Below, piece by piece: positions 1 through 11,289 of a stretch of DNA of 64,000 bases. Below the pieces are notes generated by a model. The model was not told where the DNA came from, made no database searches, and saw only the letters and a program-made list of their open reading frames with translations. A program made the position numbers and the translations under genes. Every line of letters starts with the position of its first letter. The stretch's first letter is position 1. Origin of the DNA: an uncultured Armatimonadia bacterium. GTDB taxonomy: Bacteria; Armatimonadota; Zipacnadia; CAVVLO01. The stretch spans positions 256,001 through 320,000 of the forward strand of contig CAVVLO010000003.1 of NCBI GenBank assembly GCA_963749155.1, in the 5' to 3' direction.

Positions 1-705
1 GAGTTCAATATGGAGTTCAACCGCGACCTGGAGCCAATGGTAGGCGGTTACCGAGATAACTATTACTGGCAGTTCGTCGCCGAGATGAGGAAGTATAAGG
101 GTATGGCGCCCCCGCCTGCGCCTTCTGAGCCCACGACCCTCCTGGTCGATGGCAAATTCGAGGACTGGCAAGGCGTGACTCCCCTCTACAAGGACGTGAC
201 GGGCGACACCGCCTGGCGCGACTGGGCAGGCAATCCTGCCGGCGTCCACTACATCAACCAGTCAGGCCGCAACGACCTGGCTGAGGCGCAGGTCGCGCGA
301 GATGAGAAGTCGGTCTACTTCCACATCAAGACGGCCCAGCCGCTTACCTCTGCCGAGGACTCTCAGTGGATGTGGCTGCTGATTGATACCGATAACGACG
401 CGAAGACGGGCTGGGAGGGCTACGACCTGCTGGTGAACAGGCAGCGCAAGCCGGGCCAGGCCAGTATCGAAGTCAATACAGAAGGCGAGTGGCAGTGGGA
501 CGCAGTCGCAGGCGCGCCGCTCGCGGTCGGCGAGGGCGAGCTGGAGCTAGCCTTACCGCGAGGCTACTTCGGCCCCGAGGGAAAGCCGCTGGACTTCGCC
601 TTCAAGTGGGTGGACAACTGCCCTCAGGCGCCCGATGTGATGGATTTCTACACCCAGGGCGATGCCGCGCCTGATGCGCGCTGGAACTGGCTCTACTCGG
701 AATAA
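1..705 (+). CDS. 3' part of a probable secreted glycoside-hydrolase-like protein with a C-terminal CBM9/DOMON-like beta-sandwich (5' end outside the window)
   Basis: Frame open from base 1 (EFNMEFNRDLEPMVGG...). VDGKFEDW and WLLIDTDNDAKTGW are DOMON/CBM9-like motifs. Confidence 0.6.
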   Translation, partial: EFNMEFNRDLEPMVGGYRDNYYWQFVAEMRKYKGMAPPPAPSEPTTLLVDGKFEDWQGVTPLYKDVTGDTAWRDWAGNPAGVHYINQSGRNDLAEAQVARDEKSVYFHIKTAQPLTSAEDSQWMWLLIDTDNDAKTGWEGYDLLVNRQRKPGQASIEVNTEGEWQWDAVAGAPLAVGEGELELALPRGYFGPEGKPLDFAFKWVDNCPQAPDVMDFYTQGDAAPDARWNWLYSE

Positions 706-1157
706 CCGAGCTGCTTGCCGGTAAGCTCTGTGACGCGCACCTGGATCACCAGAGTGCGCGCGAGGGCTTTCTCATCGAAGTGATAAGGGCCTGGGGTGAA
801 CTTGCTCATCAGGCACTCAAGCCCTTTGAGCTTCTCGGCCGGGTCTTAATGAGTCGGGCGATGCCCTTCCCCATTACGCTCCGGTAGCGCATTGTCCAGC
901 GGCAAGCGGGCTCGCCAGGCACAAGCTCCTGCTCAGCGACGACTGGCAAAGCCGACCTCGGGATTTTTCTTCAGCAAGTCTACCTTCTTGCCTTCGAGGG
1001 CCGAATGAAGCCACAAGGATTCGCCATCCCAACCGAAGGTCAGCGGCACAACGTAAGGGCCGGACTCATCCTGCATTGAGAGGAAGACCGTAGGCGCCTG
1101 CCTCATCAGGGCATCCAACAGCTCAGGAGCTGTTATCGCGCGGTCAGCTCTGCGCAC
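693..1157 (-). CDS. Pyridoxamine 5'-phosphate oxidase-like (NimA/NimC-type) flavin-binding protein; two apparent frameshifts (~945, ~847)
   Basis: MRRADRAIT...PYVVPLTFG...LHSALEGKKVDLLKKNPEVGF continues in other frames as ACRWTMRYRSVMGKG and DPAEKLKGLECLM...VTELTGKQLGYSE*. Confidence 0.8.
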
Positions 1158-2499
1158 TGGCTTCCTCCAGCAGCGCCATCGTTTTCTGGTGGTGAGGGTT
1201 GGTCACCGCGCCCTGAAGCAGCGGATCGTCGGTCTCCTTCATCCAGGCGAAGAGCCTGGCGGCCAGCTTGCGCTTGATGGCCTGGTACTCGGGCTTCTCG
1301 GAAACGTTCTCAAGCTCCCACGGGTCGCGCGTAAGGTCGTAGACTTCAAGGTAATCGGTATACGACATCGCCTGATTCACGGGACTGACAGGATCGGAGA
1401 GAGGCCTCCAGCGCTGGGAGGGGTCCATAAAGGCCCGGCAGGTTGAGAAGTCGGCAATCAGCTTGTGGGTCTCCGTCCGGATAGCCCTGCGCGGGTCGTA
1501 ATGGTCGTGGTAGGTCAGCTCGGTGAAGACTTCGCGCCGCGGCTCGTAGGCCTCGCCATCAAGCAGCGGGCGGAAGGAACGCCCCTGGAGGTTCGATGGC
1601 ACTGGGAGCCCGACCACTTCCAGCAGTGTTGGCAGCACGTCGATATTCTGCACCAGATAATAGTGGGTGGCCCCGCCGTTCCAGCCGGCGCGGGTGGGCA
1701 TCCGCATCAGCAAAGCGACGGAGACCCCTGGCTCAAACAGGCTGCACTTGCTATGCGGCATCGCGATGCCGTGGTCGGTGGTGAAGATAATCAGCGTATT
1801 GTCCTCGATACCCAGCTCCTGCACCTTGCGCCAGATACGCCCGAACTGCTCGTCCACGTGTTTGACCGCGCCTTGCAGCCCGGCAAGCTCCTTGCGCGCC
1901 CCTTCGGTGTCCTGCAGGTAGCCTGGCACCTCGACACCGAGTTCAGAGTCGGGCTCGAGATGATTGCCAGGATAGCTGCAATCGCCAGGGGTATCTTCCA
2001 GGTCGGCCTCGGCCAGGCGATGGGGCTCGATACTGCCAACGCAAAGGAAGAAGGGCTGGTCTGGAGTCTCGGCATATTCCTCAAGCAGCGCGAGGGTCTG
2101 GTCAGCCATATCTTTTGCGAAAACTCCGCCATAATAGCGCTGATAGCCGCATCGCTCAGGGCGAGAGGCGGTCTCGTGGATGATCCCAACCGCCGCCGTC
2201 GAGTAACCGGCGTCCCTTAGGTACTGCGCGAGGTGTACTTCCTCGGGATGGAGATCCCAGGCAAATTTCGCGTGAGTAAGGCCCATAACGCCGTTGCTGT
2301 GAGGATAACGCCCCGTGAACAGCGCCGCGCGGGAAGGGCTGCAAGAGGGCGTCGTGCAGAAGCTATTGGCGAAGCGCACCCCCTGGGTGGCGAACTCGTC
2401 GAGGTTGGGGGTCTGCACGGTCGCGACCCCGTAACAATGGAGATACTGTCCCAGGTCATGGCAGTGGACGATGAGGATGTTCGGGCGATTCGAGGCCAT
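1144..2499 (-). CDS. Sulfatase (formylglycine-dependent, sulfamidase-like)
   Basis: RPNILIVHCHDLG N-terminus; C-x-P-x-R motif in SCSPSRAALFTGRY; TTDHG metal ligand. Confidence 0.92.
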   Translation of the reverse strand: MASNRPNILIVHCHDLGQYLHCYGVATVQTPNLDEFATQGVRFANSFCTTPSCSPSRAALFTGRYPHSNGVMGLTHAKFAWDLHPEEVHLAQYLRDAGYSTAAVGIIHETASRPERCGYQRYYGGVFAKDMADQTLALLEEYAETPDQPFFLCVGSIEPHRLAEADLEDTPGDCSYPGNHLEPDSELGVEVPGYLQDTEGARKELAGLQGAVKHVDEQFGRIWRKVQELGIEDNTLIIFTTDHGIAMPHSKCSLFEPGVSVALLMRMPTRAGWNGGATHYYLVQNIDVLPTLLEVVGLPVPSNLQGRSFRPLLDGEAYEPRREVFTELTYHDHYDPRRAIRTETHKLIADFSTCRAFMDPSQRWRPLSDPVSPVNQAMSYTDYLEVYDLTRDPWELENVSEKPEYQAIKRKLAARLFAWMKETDDPLLQGAVTNPHHQKTMALLEEASAQS

Positions 2500-2531
2500 C
2501 AGGCTCCCTCCGGATTCAGGCTGAGAGGGGA

Positions 2532-2585
2532 TTCGGCGCCCGCAAGAAGCCTCCTGCCGGCAGGAAGCAAGCCTCTGACAGGGAA
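2532..2585. promoter_or_regulatory. Back-to-back pair of GCAGGA-N17-GAA promoter-like motifs (minus 2532-2557, plus 2560-2585)
   Basis: Palindrome TCCTGCCGGCAGGA between the divergent sulfatase and GH2 genes; both arms have GAA exactly 17 nt downstream. Confidence 0.6.
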
Positions 2586-2614
2586 AGAGAAGCTAATTCC
2601 AGCGAGGTGGTCTT

Positions 2615-5117
2615 ATGTACAGGTTTTTGCTTCTGCTTCTACTACTAGGCGCTCTGGCCGGGACTGCTTGCGCGGGGCCGCGCCAGGTGATGTCGCTGGA
2701 TGGCCTCTGGCAGCTTGCCGAGGGCTCGATGGAAGCACCGAAAAGCGATTTCTCGACCACGGCGCCAGTGCCGGGCCTCGTGGATATGGCCGACCCCTAT
2801 CTGCCCGATGTAGGGGTAGAAGCCAGCACTCAGCGGCGAGAAGCTTTTTGGTATCGCCGCACCTTCAGCCTGCCTGGCGCAGTGCCCGAGGTCGCCTTGC
2901 TGAAGGTTAACAAGGCCTGCTACACCACGCGCGTCTTCCTCAATGGGCAGCTTGTCGGCGACCATGTCGGCAGCTTCACGCCTGGCTGGTTCGATCTGAA
3001 GCCGGCCCTGAAAGGCGACGGCGCCGAGAACGAGTTGTTGATTCGCGTGGGCGCGTGGCGCCATTTTATGCTTTCCGGCGTACCGGACGGCTACGATGGG
3101 GAGCGAATCAAATATATACCGGGTATCTACGATTCCGTCAGCCTCATCCTGACGGGCAGTCCTTTTATTGTGCGCGCGCAAGTCGTGCCCCAGCTTGAAA
3201 ACAATTCTGCTCGCGTGGTCACAGTCGTGAAGAACGTCGGTCCTGCGGAGGAGGTCGTCCTCACTGGACGCGTGCGAGAGGCCAGGACTGGCCGTATGGT
3301 CGGGCTGATGAAACTACGCCCCGAACGCGATTGCCGCCGGTGAAGAGCTGACTTTCGACTTCAGCGTGCCCCTCCGGGACTGCAAGCTGTGGACGCCAGA
3401 AGACCCCTTCCTCTACAGGCTGGAGCTTTCGACAGGAGCAGATGAATACTCGACCCGGTTCGGGATGCGCACCTTCGCCTTCGACCGCAAGCGAGGCTGC
3501 GCGCTGCTCAACGGCAAGCCCTATCCCCTGCGCGGCACCAATGTGTGCATCTTCCGCTTCTTCGAAGATCCGCTGCGCGAGAACAAGCCCTGGGATGCGG
3601 ACTGGGTGCGCAAGCTGCACGAGGCTTTCCGCTCGATGCACTGGAATAGTATCCGCTATTGCATCGGCTTCCCGCCCGAAGCCTGGTACGACATCGCCGA
3701 TGAGGTCGGCCTGCTGCTTCAGGACGAATATCCAATCTGGGGCATCGGCGTGCCCGAGCTAGTCACAATCGAGGCCCTGACCCAGGAATACACCGAGTGG
3801 CTCGAGGAACACTGGAACCACCCTTCGGTGGCTATCTGGGATGCCCAGAACGAGACCCAATGCGAGGTGACCGGGCAGGGCAATCGCCGCGGTGCGCCAT
3901 CTCGACCTGTCTGACCGGCCCTGGGACAATGGCTGGTCGCCCCCCGACAGGCCGACCGACGTCTTTGAAGCGCATCCCTATGCTTTCATCAACCCCGCTT
4001 TCGAGATGGCGGCTTTTGAGCGGCTGCCGGGCGGGCCTCGGCCAGGCGGGCTATCGGGCAACCCTATGCCCTACAACGGCAACCCGGTCATCATCAACGA
4101 GTATGGCTGGCTGTGGCTCAACCGCGATGCGACCCTGTCAGGCATCTCGCAGGGCTATGGTATTTACAATCGTTTCCTTGGAGCGGATTCGACCGCCGAC
4201 CAGCGACGCAACCTGTATGCGCGACTGCTTGCGGCCAAGACCGAGTTCTGGCGCGCCAAACGCGAGGTCGCCGGGGTGCTGCATTTCTGTGGGCTTCGGC
4301 TATTCCAGGCCCGGCGGAGCGACCAGCGACAACTTTGTGGATATCGAGCAGCTAGAGTTCGACCCGTATTTCTGGCGCTATGTGCGCGACGCTTTCGCCC
4401 CGGTCGGTCTGATGGTGGACTTCTGGCGCGAGGAGGCCCAGGGCGGCAAGCGCGAGGTAAAAGTCTGGGTGACCAATGACCTGCCGCACCGAGTGGAAGG
4501 GCGAGGTGACACTCAGCCTGCTGTCAGGGGAAACGGTGCTCTCCACTTCGACAAGGCATGTGAAGGTCGACGCCTGGCAGGCCAGTCCGTTTGCTTTTGT
4601 GGTCGACTTCCCTAAAGCACCGGGCAGTTACCAGCTTGTTGCAGAACTGACCGGTCAGGACGGAAAACCAGTCCGCAGCCTGCGCGATTTTGCCGTGCTG
4701 ACCGAGCAGGAACGGCTCGAGAAGTATGGCTACACCAAGGGCATAACTGCAAAAGCGTCTTCTGAGATCTTCATCTCGGATCAGCACTATCCCGCCAAAT
4801 ATGCCGTCGATGGGGATCCCACCACCCGCTGGTCGAGTGAGTTCGCCGATCCTCAGTGGCTTGAGCTGGACCTTGGAAAGCCGCAGACCTTCAGCCGAGT
4901 GGAACTCCAATGGGAGGTTGCTTGCGGCAAGGCCTATACGCTAAGCGTCTCTGATGACGGCCAGGACTGGAAGCAGGCCTACGCTACAAGCGCCAGCCCA
5001 GGCGGACTCGAGAAGATAAGCTTCGCACCTGTCACCGGGCGCTATCTGCGTTTCGATTTCACAGAGCGCGCAACGCGCTTTGGTTATTCGCTGTGGGAAG
5101 TGAAGGTGCTCCCATGA
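2615..5117 (+). CDS. Secreted GH2-family glycoside hydrolase with C-terminal F5/8 type C (CBM32-like) domain; about 4 apparent frameshifts
   Basis: Signal peptide, MSLDGLW, WYRRTF, LWTPEDPFLY, FGMRTF, WNHPSVAIWDAQNE, INEYGW, then AVDGDPTTRWSS...WLELDLG. Pieces: 2615-3343, 3366-3914, 3892-4479, 3797-4615, 4476-5117. Confidence 0.85.
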
Positions 5118-7691
5118 GGAGGCTCTTGATGCTTTGTTTCACTCTTATGCTGCTTCTGCTTGCGATTATCCCCGCAAGGGCGGGCATCACTGGCGACCAT
5201 CTGAGGCCGCCGGCTGTGCCGCTGGTCACGCACGACCCCTTCTTTAGCGTCTGGTCGCCCGCTGACAAGCTGACCGAGGCCGACTCAGTCCACTGGACGC
5301 GCCACGCGCATCCACTGCGCAGCCTCATCCGGGTGGATGGCGCTACCTTCCGCCTGCTGGGGGCTGAACCTGTAGCGATTCCAGCCTTCGAGCAGACAGG
5401 TCTCGAAGTGCGCCCAACGACCACGCTGGCCACCTTCGAGGGGCAGGGCGTGAGGGTGGAACTGTCCTTCTGCTCGCCGCTGCTGCCGGATGATTTGGAT
5501 GTGCTTTCGCGGCCTGTTACTTACATAACGTGGAAGGTCGCCTCGCTTGACAGCCAAGAACACTCGGTCCAGCTTTATTTCGAGGCCTCTCCCCTCCTGA
5601 CAGTCAACCAGCCCGACGAAGCGGTTGTTTGGGAGCGCGCCGAGGCAAAAGGGCTGGTGGCCTTGAAGACCGGCACCGAGACCCAGGCAGTGCTCGCTTC
5701 CAAAGGAGACGACCACCGCATCAACTGGGGGTATCTCTACCTGGCCGCGCCAAAAGAAGCTAGCCTGGCTTCTGCACTGACATCTGGGCCTCAGGCGAGA
5801 GAGCAGTTCAAGCAGTCTGGCGCTCTTCTGGCCAGGGACGATGAGCATCAGCCTCGACCTGCCAAGGCTGAGGAGCCGGTGCTGGCGCTGGCTTTCGACC
5901 TCGGCGATGTGACAGAGGTAGTGGAGCGCCATGCGCTGCTTGCATATGATGAAGAGTGGGCCGTCACTTATTTTGGACAGAGGCTGCGACCCTACTGGCG
6001 GCGCACCGGCAAGGACGCCGTCTGGTTGCTCGAACAGGCGGAAAAAGACCGTGAGGACCTTCTCGCGCGCTGCGAGCGGTTCGACACCGAGTTGATGGCC
6101 GACCTCACTGCCGCCGCGAGCGCCCAATATGCCGACATCGCGACGCTCTCCTACCGCCAGGCGCTGGCAGGTTGCGGGCTGGTTGCCGATTCGGCTGGCA
6201 AGCCGTTGCTCTTTCCGAAGGAGAACACCAGCAACGGGTGTATGGGCACGGTGGATGTCTTCTATCCTGCCGCCCCGCTGATGCTGGCGCTCTCCCCCGC
6301 GCTTGCGCGCGCGATGCTGGTGCCACTGCTCGACTACAGCGCCTCGGAGCGCTGGCCCTGGCCTTATGCGCCTCACGATATTGGGGTCTATCCCCTCGGC
6401 GAGGGGCAGGTATACGGGGGTGGAGAACGCACTGAAGAGGGCCAGATGCCGGTTGAAGAGAGCGCCAATATGCTGCTTTTGGTGGCGGCGACTTGCCGGG
6501 CCGAGGGCAGCGGCGCTTTCGCCAAAGAGTGGTGGCCAATCCTCTCCGAGTGGGCAGCCTACCTGCGCGAGAAGGGGTTCGACCCCGCCCATCAGCTTTG
6601 CACTGACGACTTCGCTGGGCCCTTCGCGCACAACGTGAACCTCTCGCTGAAGGCCATCCTGGCCCTGGGCGCGTATGCCCAGCTGGCCCAGCTCGTCGGC
6701 GATGAGTCCGAAGCGGTGGCTTCGCGCAATCTGGCCGAGCGTTTCGCCAAGAGGTGGCTGAAAGAGGCGGACGAGGGCGACCATTATCGCCTGGCCTTCG
6801 ACCAGCCTGGCACCTGGAGCACGAAATATAATCTCATCTGGGACGGTATCCTCGGTCTGGGGCTTTTCCCGCCCGAAGTCGCGGCGAAGGAAACCACGTG
6901 GTATCGTCAGGTCGCCCACGAGTATGGCACCTCACTGGACAGCCGCAATGAGTTCGCGAAGACCGATTGGGCGCTTTGGGCGGCTTCGCTTGCGCCCGAT
7001 GAGGAGACCTTCAGCGCGCTGGTAGACCCAATCTGGCGCTTCCTGAACCAGGTACCCGAACGCAATCCCATCACCGACCTCTACTGGGTCAAGACCGGTC
7101 ACGAGGCCGCAATGCACGCGCGGCCAGTGATGGGCGGCGCCTTCGTCAGACTGCTGCAGGAGCCGGCCCTCTGGGCCAAGTGGGCCGGGCAGGGCGAAAA
7201 GGAACTCGGCCCCTGGGCGCCCTTCCCGAAGCCGCGCAAGTGGCAGCCGCTCGTGCCGACAGCAGAGCAGGAGCCACTGCGTCTGGCGCTACACCACCGA
7301 GCAGCCGGCAGAGGGCTGGTGGAAGCCAGATTTTGATGATTCTGCCTGGGCAGAGGGCCCCGCAGGCTTCGGAGTGCCAGGCACGCCCGGGGCTATCGTG
7401 GGCACAGAGTGGCGCACGCCTGACCTCTGGATTCGCCGAGTTTTCGATGCGCCCAGGCCCAGGGGAGAGCTGGCCCTGCGGATGCACCACGATGAGGACG
7501 CCGAAGTGTATCTCAACGGCGCGCTGATTGCCCGCCTGCCAAGTTATACCTTCGACTATGAGAACGTCGCGCTGACTGAGAAGACTCGCAAGTTGCTGCG
7601 CGAGGGGGCCAATCTGCTGGCTATCCACTGCCGCCAGACCGCAGGTGGACAGTATATAGACGCGGGCTTCTCCGAGTGGCTGGAGGACTGA
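5114..7691 (+). CDS. Secreted glutaminase A (GtaA)-like / DUF4965-DUF5127 protein with C-terminal beta-sandwich; frameshift near 7280
   Basis: LRPPAVPLVTHDPFFSVWS, KENTSNGCMGTVDVFYP, APHDIGVYP, MPVEESANM, QLCTDDFAG, TWSTKYNLIWD. ATGA overlap with the GH2 stop. Confidence 0.85.
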
Positions 7692-7695
7692 GTTT

Positions 7696-8832
7696 TTGCC
7701 AGACTATCCCACTGCAGCAGCCAAAGCACAGCTCTGGGCGGATTATTCTCTCCGCCAGAATCGCCGGGTGCCCTTCCTCTTCTCGGTGGACGAGGCAGTC
7801 TGGACGCAGGTCGCAGGCAGCAGCTTCAAGCGTTTCTATCTCGATCCGCAAGAGCATCTGCGAGTACAACTTGAGGGACTGGCCTGGATGGCGGAGCAGC
7901 TTCCGGGCGATCAGGCGGGCGGGCTGCCGGACCGGTGGACAGTGGGCGTCCGCGACTGGATGGAGGAAAACACCGCTTTCGGCTGCCAGGTTATCTACCA
8001 GGAGGATGACTACGCCTGGGGTTTGCCACTGTCCCTCGGCCAGGACGCACTACTCGGTCATCTGACCGACCTTGATATGGAAGACCAGGTGCGCCGGCAT
8101 CCGTCCCTGCGCCTGTGGGAGGGGCTTTGCGAGCTGACGGACGGGCTGACCTTCCGGGACCGGCCGGTCGAGGTAGCCCCGCCGCTCTTCGGTACGCACG
8201 GGCTCTTCACCAAGGCGGCCGAGTTGCGCGGGCTGGAGCAGCTTTGTCTGGACCTGGTGGACGCGCCGGCCTTCGCGGAGGAGTATCTGAGGTTGTTTAC
8301 CGAGAAGACTCTGGAGCGGATGCGCGCCTGGCATCGCGTTACGCTTGGGACGGAGCCCGACTGGCCGAATCCTTATGGCTATGGATTCGCGGACGACTCG
8401 TTGCAGTTGCTCTCACCGGCTCTCTACCAGCAGTTCGTGCTGCCCTGTCATGAGCATTTTTACAAGGCGCTAACCACGGGGGCGCGTTCGATGCACCTCT
8501 GCGGGTACGCAGAGCAACACTTTGAGGCCTTGCGCTGGCAGCTTGGCATCACGCTGCTGGATGGCCCCGGCCCGTTTGTGCATCATGCGAAGTGGCTGGC
8601 CCGGCTTGGGCCGGACTTCGCCTTCAACGCGCAGGTGGACCATTCCGTGCTGATGGAAGGCACCCCCTCGCAGGTCCGAGAGCATGTTCGACAGTTGCTT
8701 GCGCCGGGGGCGAAGCTACCAGGGCGGTTTCAGGTGCTTGGTTATCTGGTCCGCCAGACGCCACTTGCCAACGCCTGGGCCTGTTATGAAGCGGGGCTGG
8801 ATTTTGGAAGCTGTGAGGAGGCGCCCCTATGA
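7696..8832 (+). CDS. Uroporphyrinogen decarboxylase / MtaA-CmuA-like TIM-barrel family protein
   Basis: GLFTKAAELRGLEQLCLDLVDAP, FADDSLQLLSPALYQQFVLP, MHLCG, TPLANAWA. Confidence 0.8.
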   Translation: MPDYPTAAAKAQLWADYSLRQNRRVPFLFSVDEAVWTQVAGSSFKRFYLDPQEHLRVQLEGLAWMAEQLPGDQAGGLPDRWTVGVRDWMEENTAFGCQVIYQEDDYAWGLPLSLGQDALLGHLTDLDMEDQVRRHPSLRLWEGLCELTDGLTFRDRPVEVAPPLFGTHGLFTKAAELRGLEQLCLDLVDAPAFAEEYLRLFTEKTLERMRAWHRVTLGTEPDWPNPYGYGFADDSLQLLSPALYQQFVLPCHEHFYKALTTGARSMHLCGYAEQHFEALRWQLGITLLDGPGPFVHHAKWLARLGPDFAFNAQVDHSVLMEGTPSQVREHVRQLLAPGAKLPGRFQVLGYLVRQTPLANAWACYEAGLDFGSCEEAPL

Positions 8833-11225
8833 AGTTAGTGCTAGCAACCGGGATTTTGATAGCCCTGGCATTGCCCCTCTTCGCAGCCGAACGGCTGGCC
8901 GGCTCTGACCACGACCTCGTGGCTGACCAGGGCGAAATTGTAACCCTGGAGGCCTCGAATTTCCTTGAGCTGCGCGAAAGTTCCAGTTGCTCCTGGCAGC
9001 AAGTCCGCGGGCCGGACCTCATGGAGAGGCTGACCGCTTTCCAGATTCCAACAGACTGGGGCGAAGAGTATGGCACCCGGTTGCGCGGCTGGTTGCTGCC
9101 GCCTGCGACTGGCGAATACACTTTCTGGATTGCCTCCGACGATGAGAGCGAGCTTTGGCTGTCCACCGATACCGGCCCGAGCAACCGCGATTTGATAGCT
9201 TCGGTGCCTTATTACACGGCACCGGAAGAATGGGAAGCCTTCTCCACCCAGCGCAGCAAGCCATTAAGGCTGGAGGCCGGCAAGCGATATTACGTCGAGG
9301 CGCTGCAGAAAGAGGGCGGGGGCGGAGATCATCTGGCTGTCGCCTGGCAGGGCCCTGGCATCGCAAGACAGGTTATTGCCGGCAAGCATCTGGCGGCCAC
9401 TCAAGACGGAGAGGTCGGAACAATCTCCCGCGAGGTCTGGACGGGTGTGGCAGGTTCGCGCCTCGAAGACCTGCGCAGCAGTCCCAAGTTTACTGGCGGG
9501 CCACAAGCCAGACTCGAGGGCGCTGACTCCCCCACCGCGACCTTCAGGGCTGAGAAGCCAGGCAGCTATGACTTGCGGCTTACTGTCACCTCCCAAGGTA
9601 AATCCGAAGAGATCACCTTCCGGGTGCTTGTCACCGACCAGTTCGTTAACGGGGATTTCGAACTCGCTGAGGGTGATTTACCGGCTGGTTGGGAAGCAAG
9701 CGGTGAAAGCGCGACCTTGCTCTGGCAGCCAACAGGCGGAGTGGCTGACTCCGCCTGCGCCCGTCTTGCTTCAGAGCAGCCTGCCAGTGCTTCCCTCCTG
9801 CAGCACCTTCAGCTTGCCCCCTACACCCCTTATACACTGAAAGGCTATATCAGAGGAGAGGGCTTGAAAGGGTTGGGGCGCCGTCCCGCGACCATCGGGG
9901 TCAGCGAGTGGAAGATGGAGAACGGCCCTGAGCGCGAGGTCAGCGAACTGGACTGGACCTCCTTCCAGGTGGATTTCGCAACCGGCCCTTCGGGTCAGGT
10001 GGATGTCGCCTGCAAGCTGGGTTCTTACTGGGAGGCTGGAAGTGGCGCCGTCTGGTTCGACAACCTGACACTTGAGCGCAATACCGGCACTCGGCGATTC
10101 GAGAGCAAGTACCTGGTGCTCAATCTCTACAAGGATGAAGTCACAGAGGCCACCCCCGAGGGCGTCGAGGAGATGCTGGCCAAGGTGGACAGGATGTGCG
10201 AGGCCTATACCGAGCTTACCGGTTATACGCCTGGCACGACGAAGCAGTCGGCCTGGTCTACGAAGACCCATGACATCGAGGCTCTGGGCTGGAGTGGCAA
10301 TCCGGTGCTCTGGAGCGCCTCTCCCGAGCTGATGCGAGAGTGGCGTAATCCGGATTTCCTCGCCGAGATCTTCTTGCACGAATATGCCCACAACTGGGAC
10401 AACGACAGGTGGACTTTTCACGTTCATTTCAATGAACTGAAGATGTATTACGCCCTGGAACAACTTGATCTAGGCATCTACGAGGACGGCTGGACCAAAG
10501 GCCCCGGCACCCTTAACCGCTGGATTGTGCGTTCGCATAGCCAGCGCGAGCAAGGCCGATGCGATGAGGTCGTGCAGGAATACCGCAATATGCTCCTGGC
10601 GCGCGAGGTCGGCTGGGAGCCCTTCAAAAAGACTTACCGCTATTTCCTGGAGCTGCCTGCCGAAGAAGTGCCGAAGGACGCCTGGAGCAAGTTTGAACTG
10701 TGGCATCAGAAGCTCTCGGAGTTCTCGGGCCAGGACGCTTTCGCCATCTACGAACCTGGTGAGCTGGACTTCGTTCGGGCCTACTACGCGCCTCGGCCCG
10801 AGCTACGCGAGCTGGCGGGTATACCGGCCACTCAGGCGAAGGTCGAACTCACCGATGTGAGATGGGAGGCAGCCGAAGTTGGCTGGGAAGAACCGGCTTA
10901 TCGTATATGTGGCACCAGCGCCAACTGGTACCCGAATTCCATCTACGCTCATGCCCCTTCGCGCTACGTTTATGCGCCTGAGGGCAAGTGGAAACGCTTT
11001 ACTTCGTTCTATGCCCTCGACAAGGGCAACCTTGGATCGGTTGTTTTCGTGGTAAAGGGCGATGGAAGAGAGCTCTTCCGGTCCGAGCTTGTCACCAATT
11101 CTGATGAACGCTCGTGCGAATTAGACCTGACCGGTGTAAACCAGCTCGAACTCCTCGTCGAAGAGGGCCCAGATGGCCGCAACAGCGACCACGGTTGCTG
11201 GTTTGCCCCAACTCTTGAGCGCTAG
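8829..11225 (+). CDS. Secreted modular protein: PKD/Ig-like domain with inserted permuted PA14, CBM4/9-like domain, HExxH (M60-like) metallopeptidase, NPCBM domain
   Basis: PPATGEYTFWIASDD (PA14), FVNGDFE...VWFDNL (CBM), FLHEYAHNW...FNE (zincin), SIYAHAPS...GSVVFVVKGDG...DGRNSDHGCW (NPCBM). Confidence 0.8.
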   Translation: MKLVLATGILIALALPLFAAERLAGSDHDLVADQGEIVTLEASNFLELRESSSCSWQQVRGPDLMERLTAFQIPTDWGEEYGTRLRGWLLPPATGEYTFWIASDDESELWLSTDTGPSNRDLIASVPYYTAPEEWEAFSTQRSKPLRLEAGKRYYVEALQKEGGGGDHLAVAWQGPGIARQVIAGKHLAATQDGEVGTISREVWTGVAGSRLEDLRSSPKFTGGPQARLEGADSPTATFRAEKPGSYDLRLTVTSQGKSEEITFRVLVTDQFVNGDFELAEGDLPAGWEASGESATLLWQPTGGVADSACARLASEQPASASLLQHLQLAPYTPYTLKGYIRGEGLKGLGRRPATIGVSEWKMENGPEREVSELDWTSFQVDFATGPSGQVDVACKLGSYWEAGSGAVWFDNLTLERNTGTRRFESKYLVLNLYKDEVTEATPEGVEEMLAKVDRMCEAYTELTGYTPGTTKQSAWSTKTHDIEALGWSGNPVLWSASPELMREWRNPDFLAEIFLHEYAHNWDNDRWTFHVHFNELKMYYALEQLDLGIYEDGWTKGPGTLNRWIVRSHSQREQGRCDEVVQEYRNMLLAREVGWEPFKKTYRYFLELPAEEVPKDAWSKFELWHQKLSEFSGQDAFAIYEPGELDFVRAYYAPRPELRELAGIPATQAKVELTDVRWEAAEVGWEEPAYRICGTSANWYPNSIYAHAPSRYVYAPEGKWKRFTSFYALDKGNLGSVVFVVKGDGRELFRSELVTNSDERSCELDLTGVNQLELLVEEGPDGRNSDHGCWFAPTLER

Positions 11226-11289
11226 GGCAGGAAGCGACCTGTCGAGGGCGTAGATTGTCTAACTTGGAAAGCTATACAGGAGGTCGCAT

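Noticed and set aside
5285..6919. Long antisense ORFs (also 21398-22729, 38652-39710, 57463-58773)
   Set aside because: Shadow ORFs opposite well-supported genes in GC-rich DNA, with no recognisable motifs.
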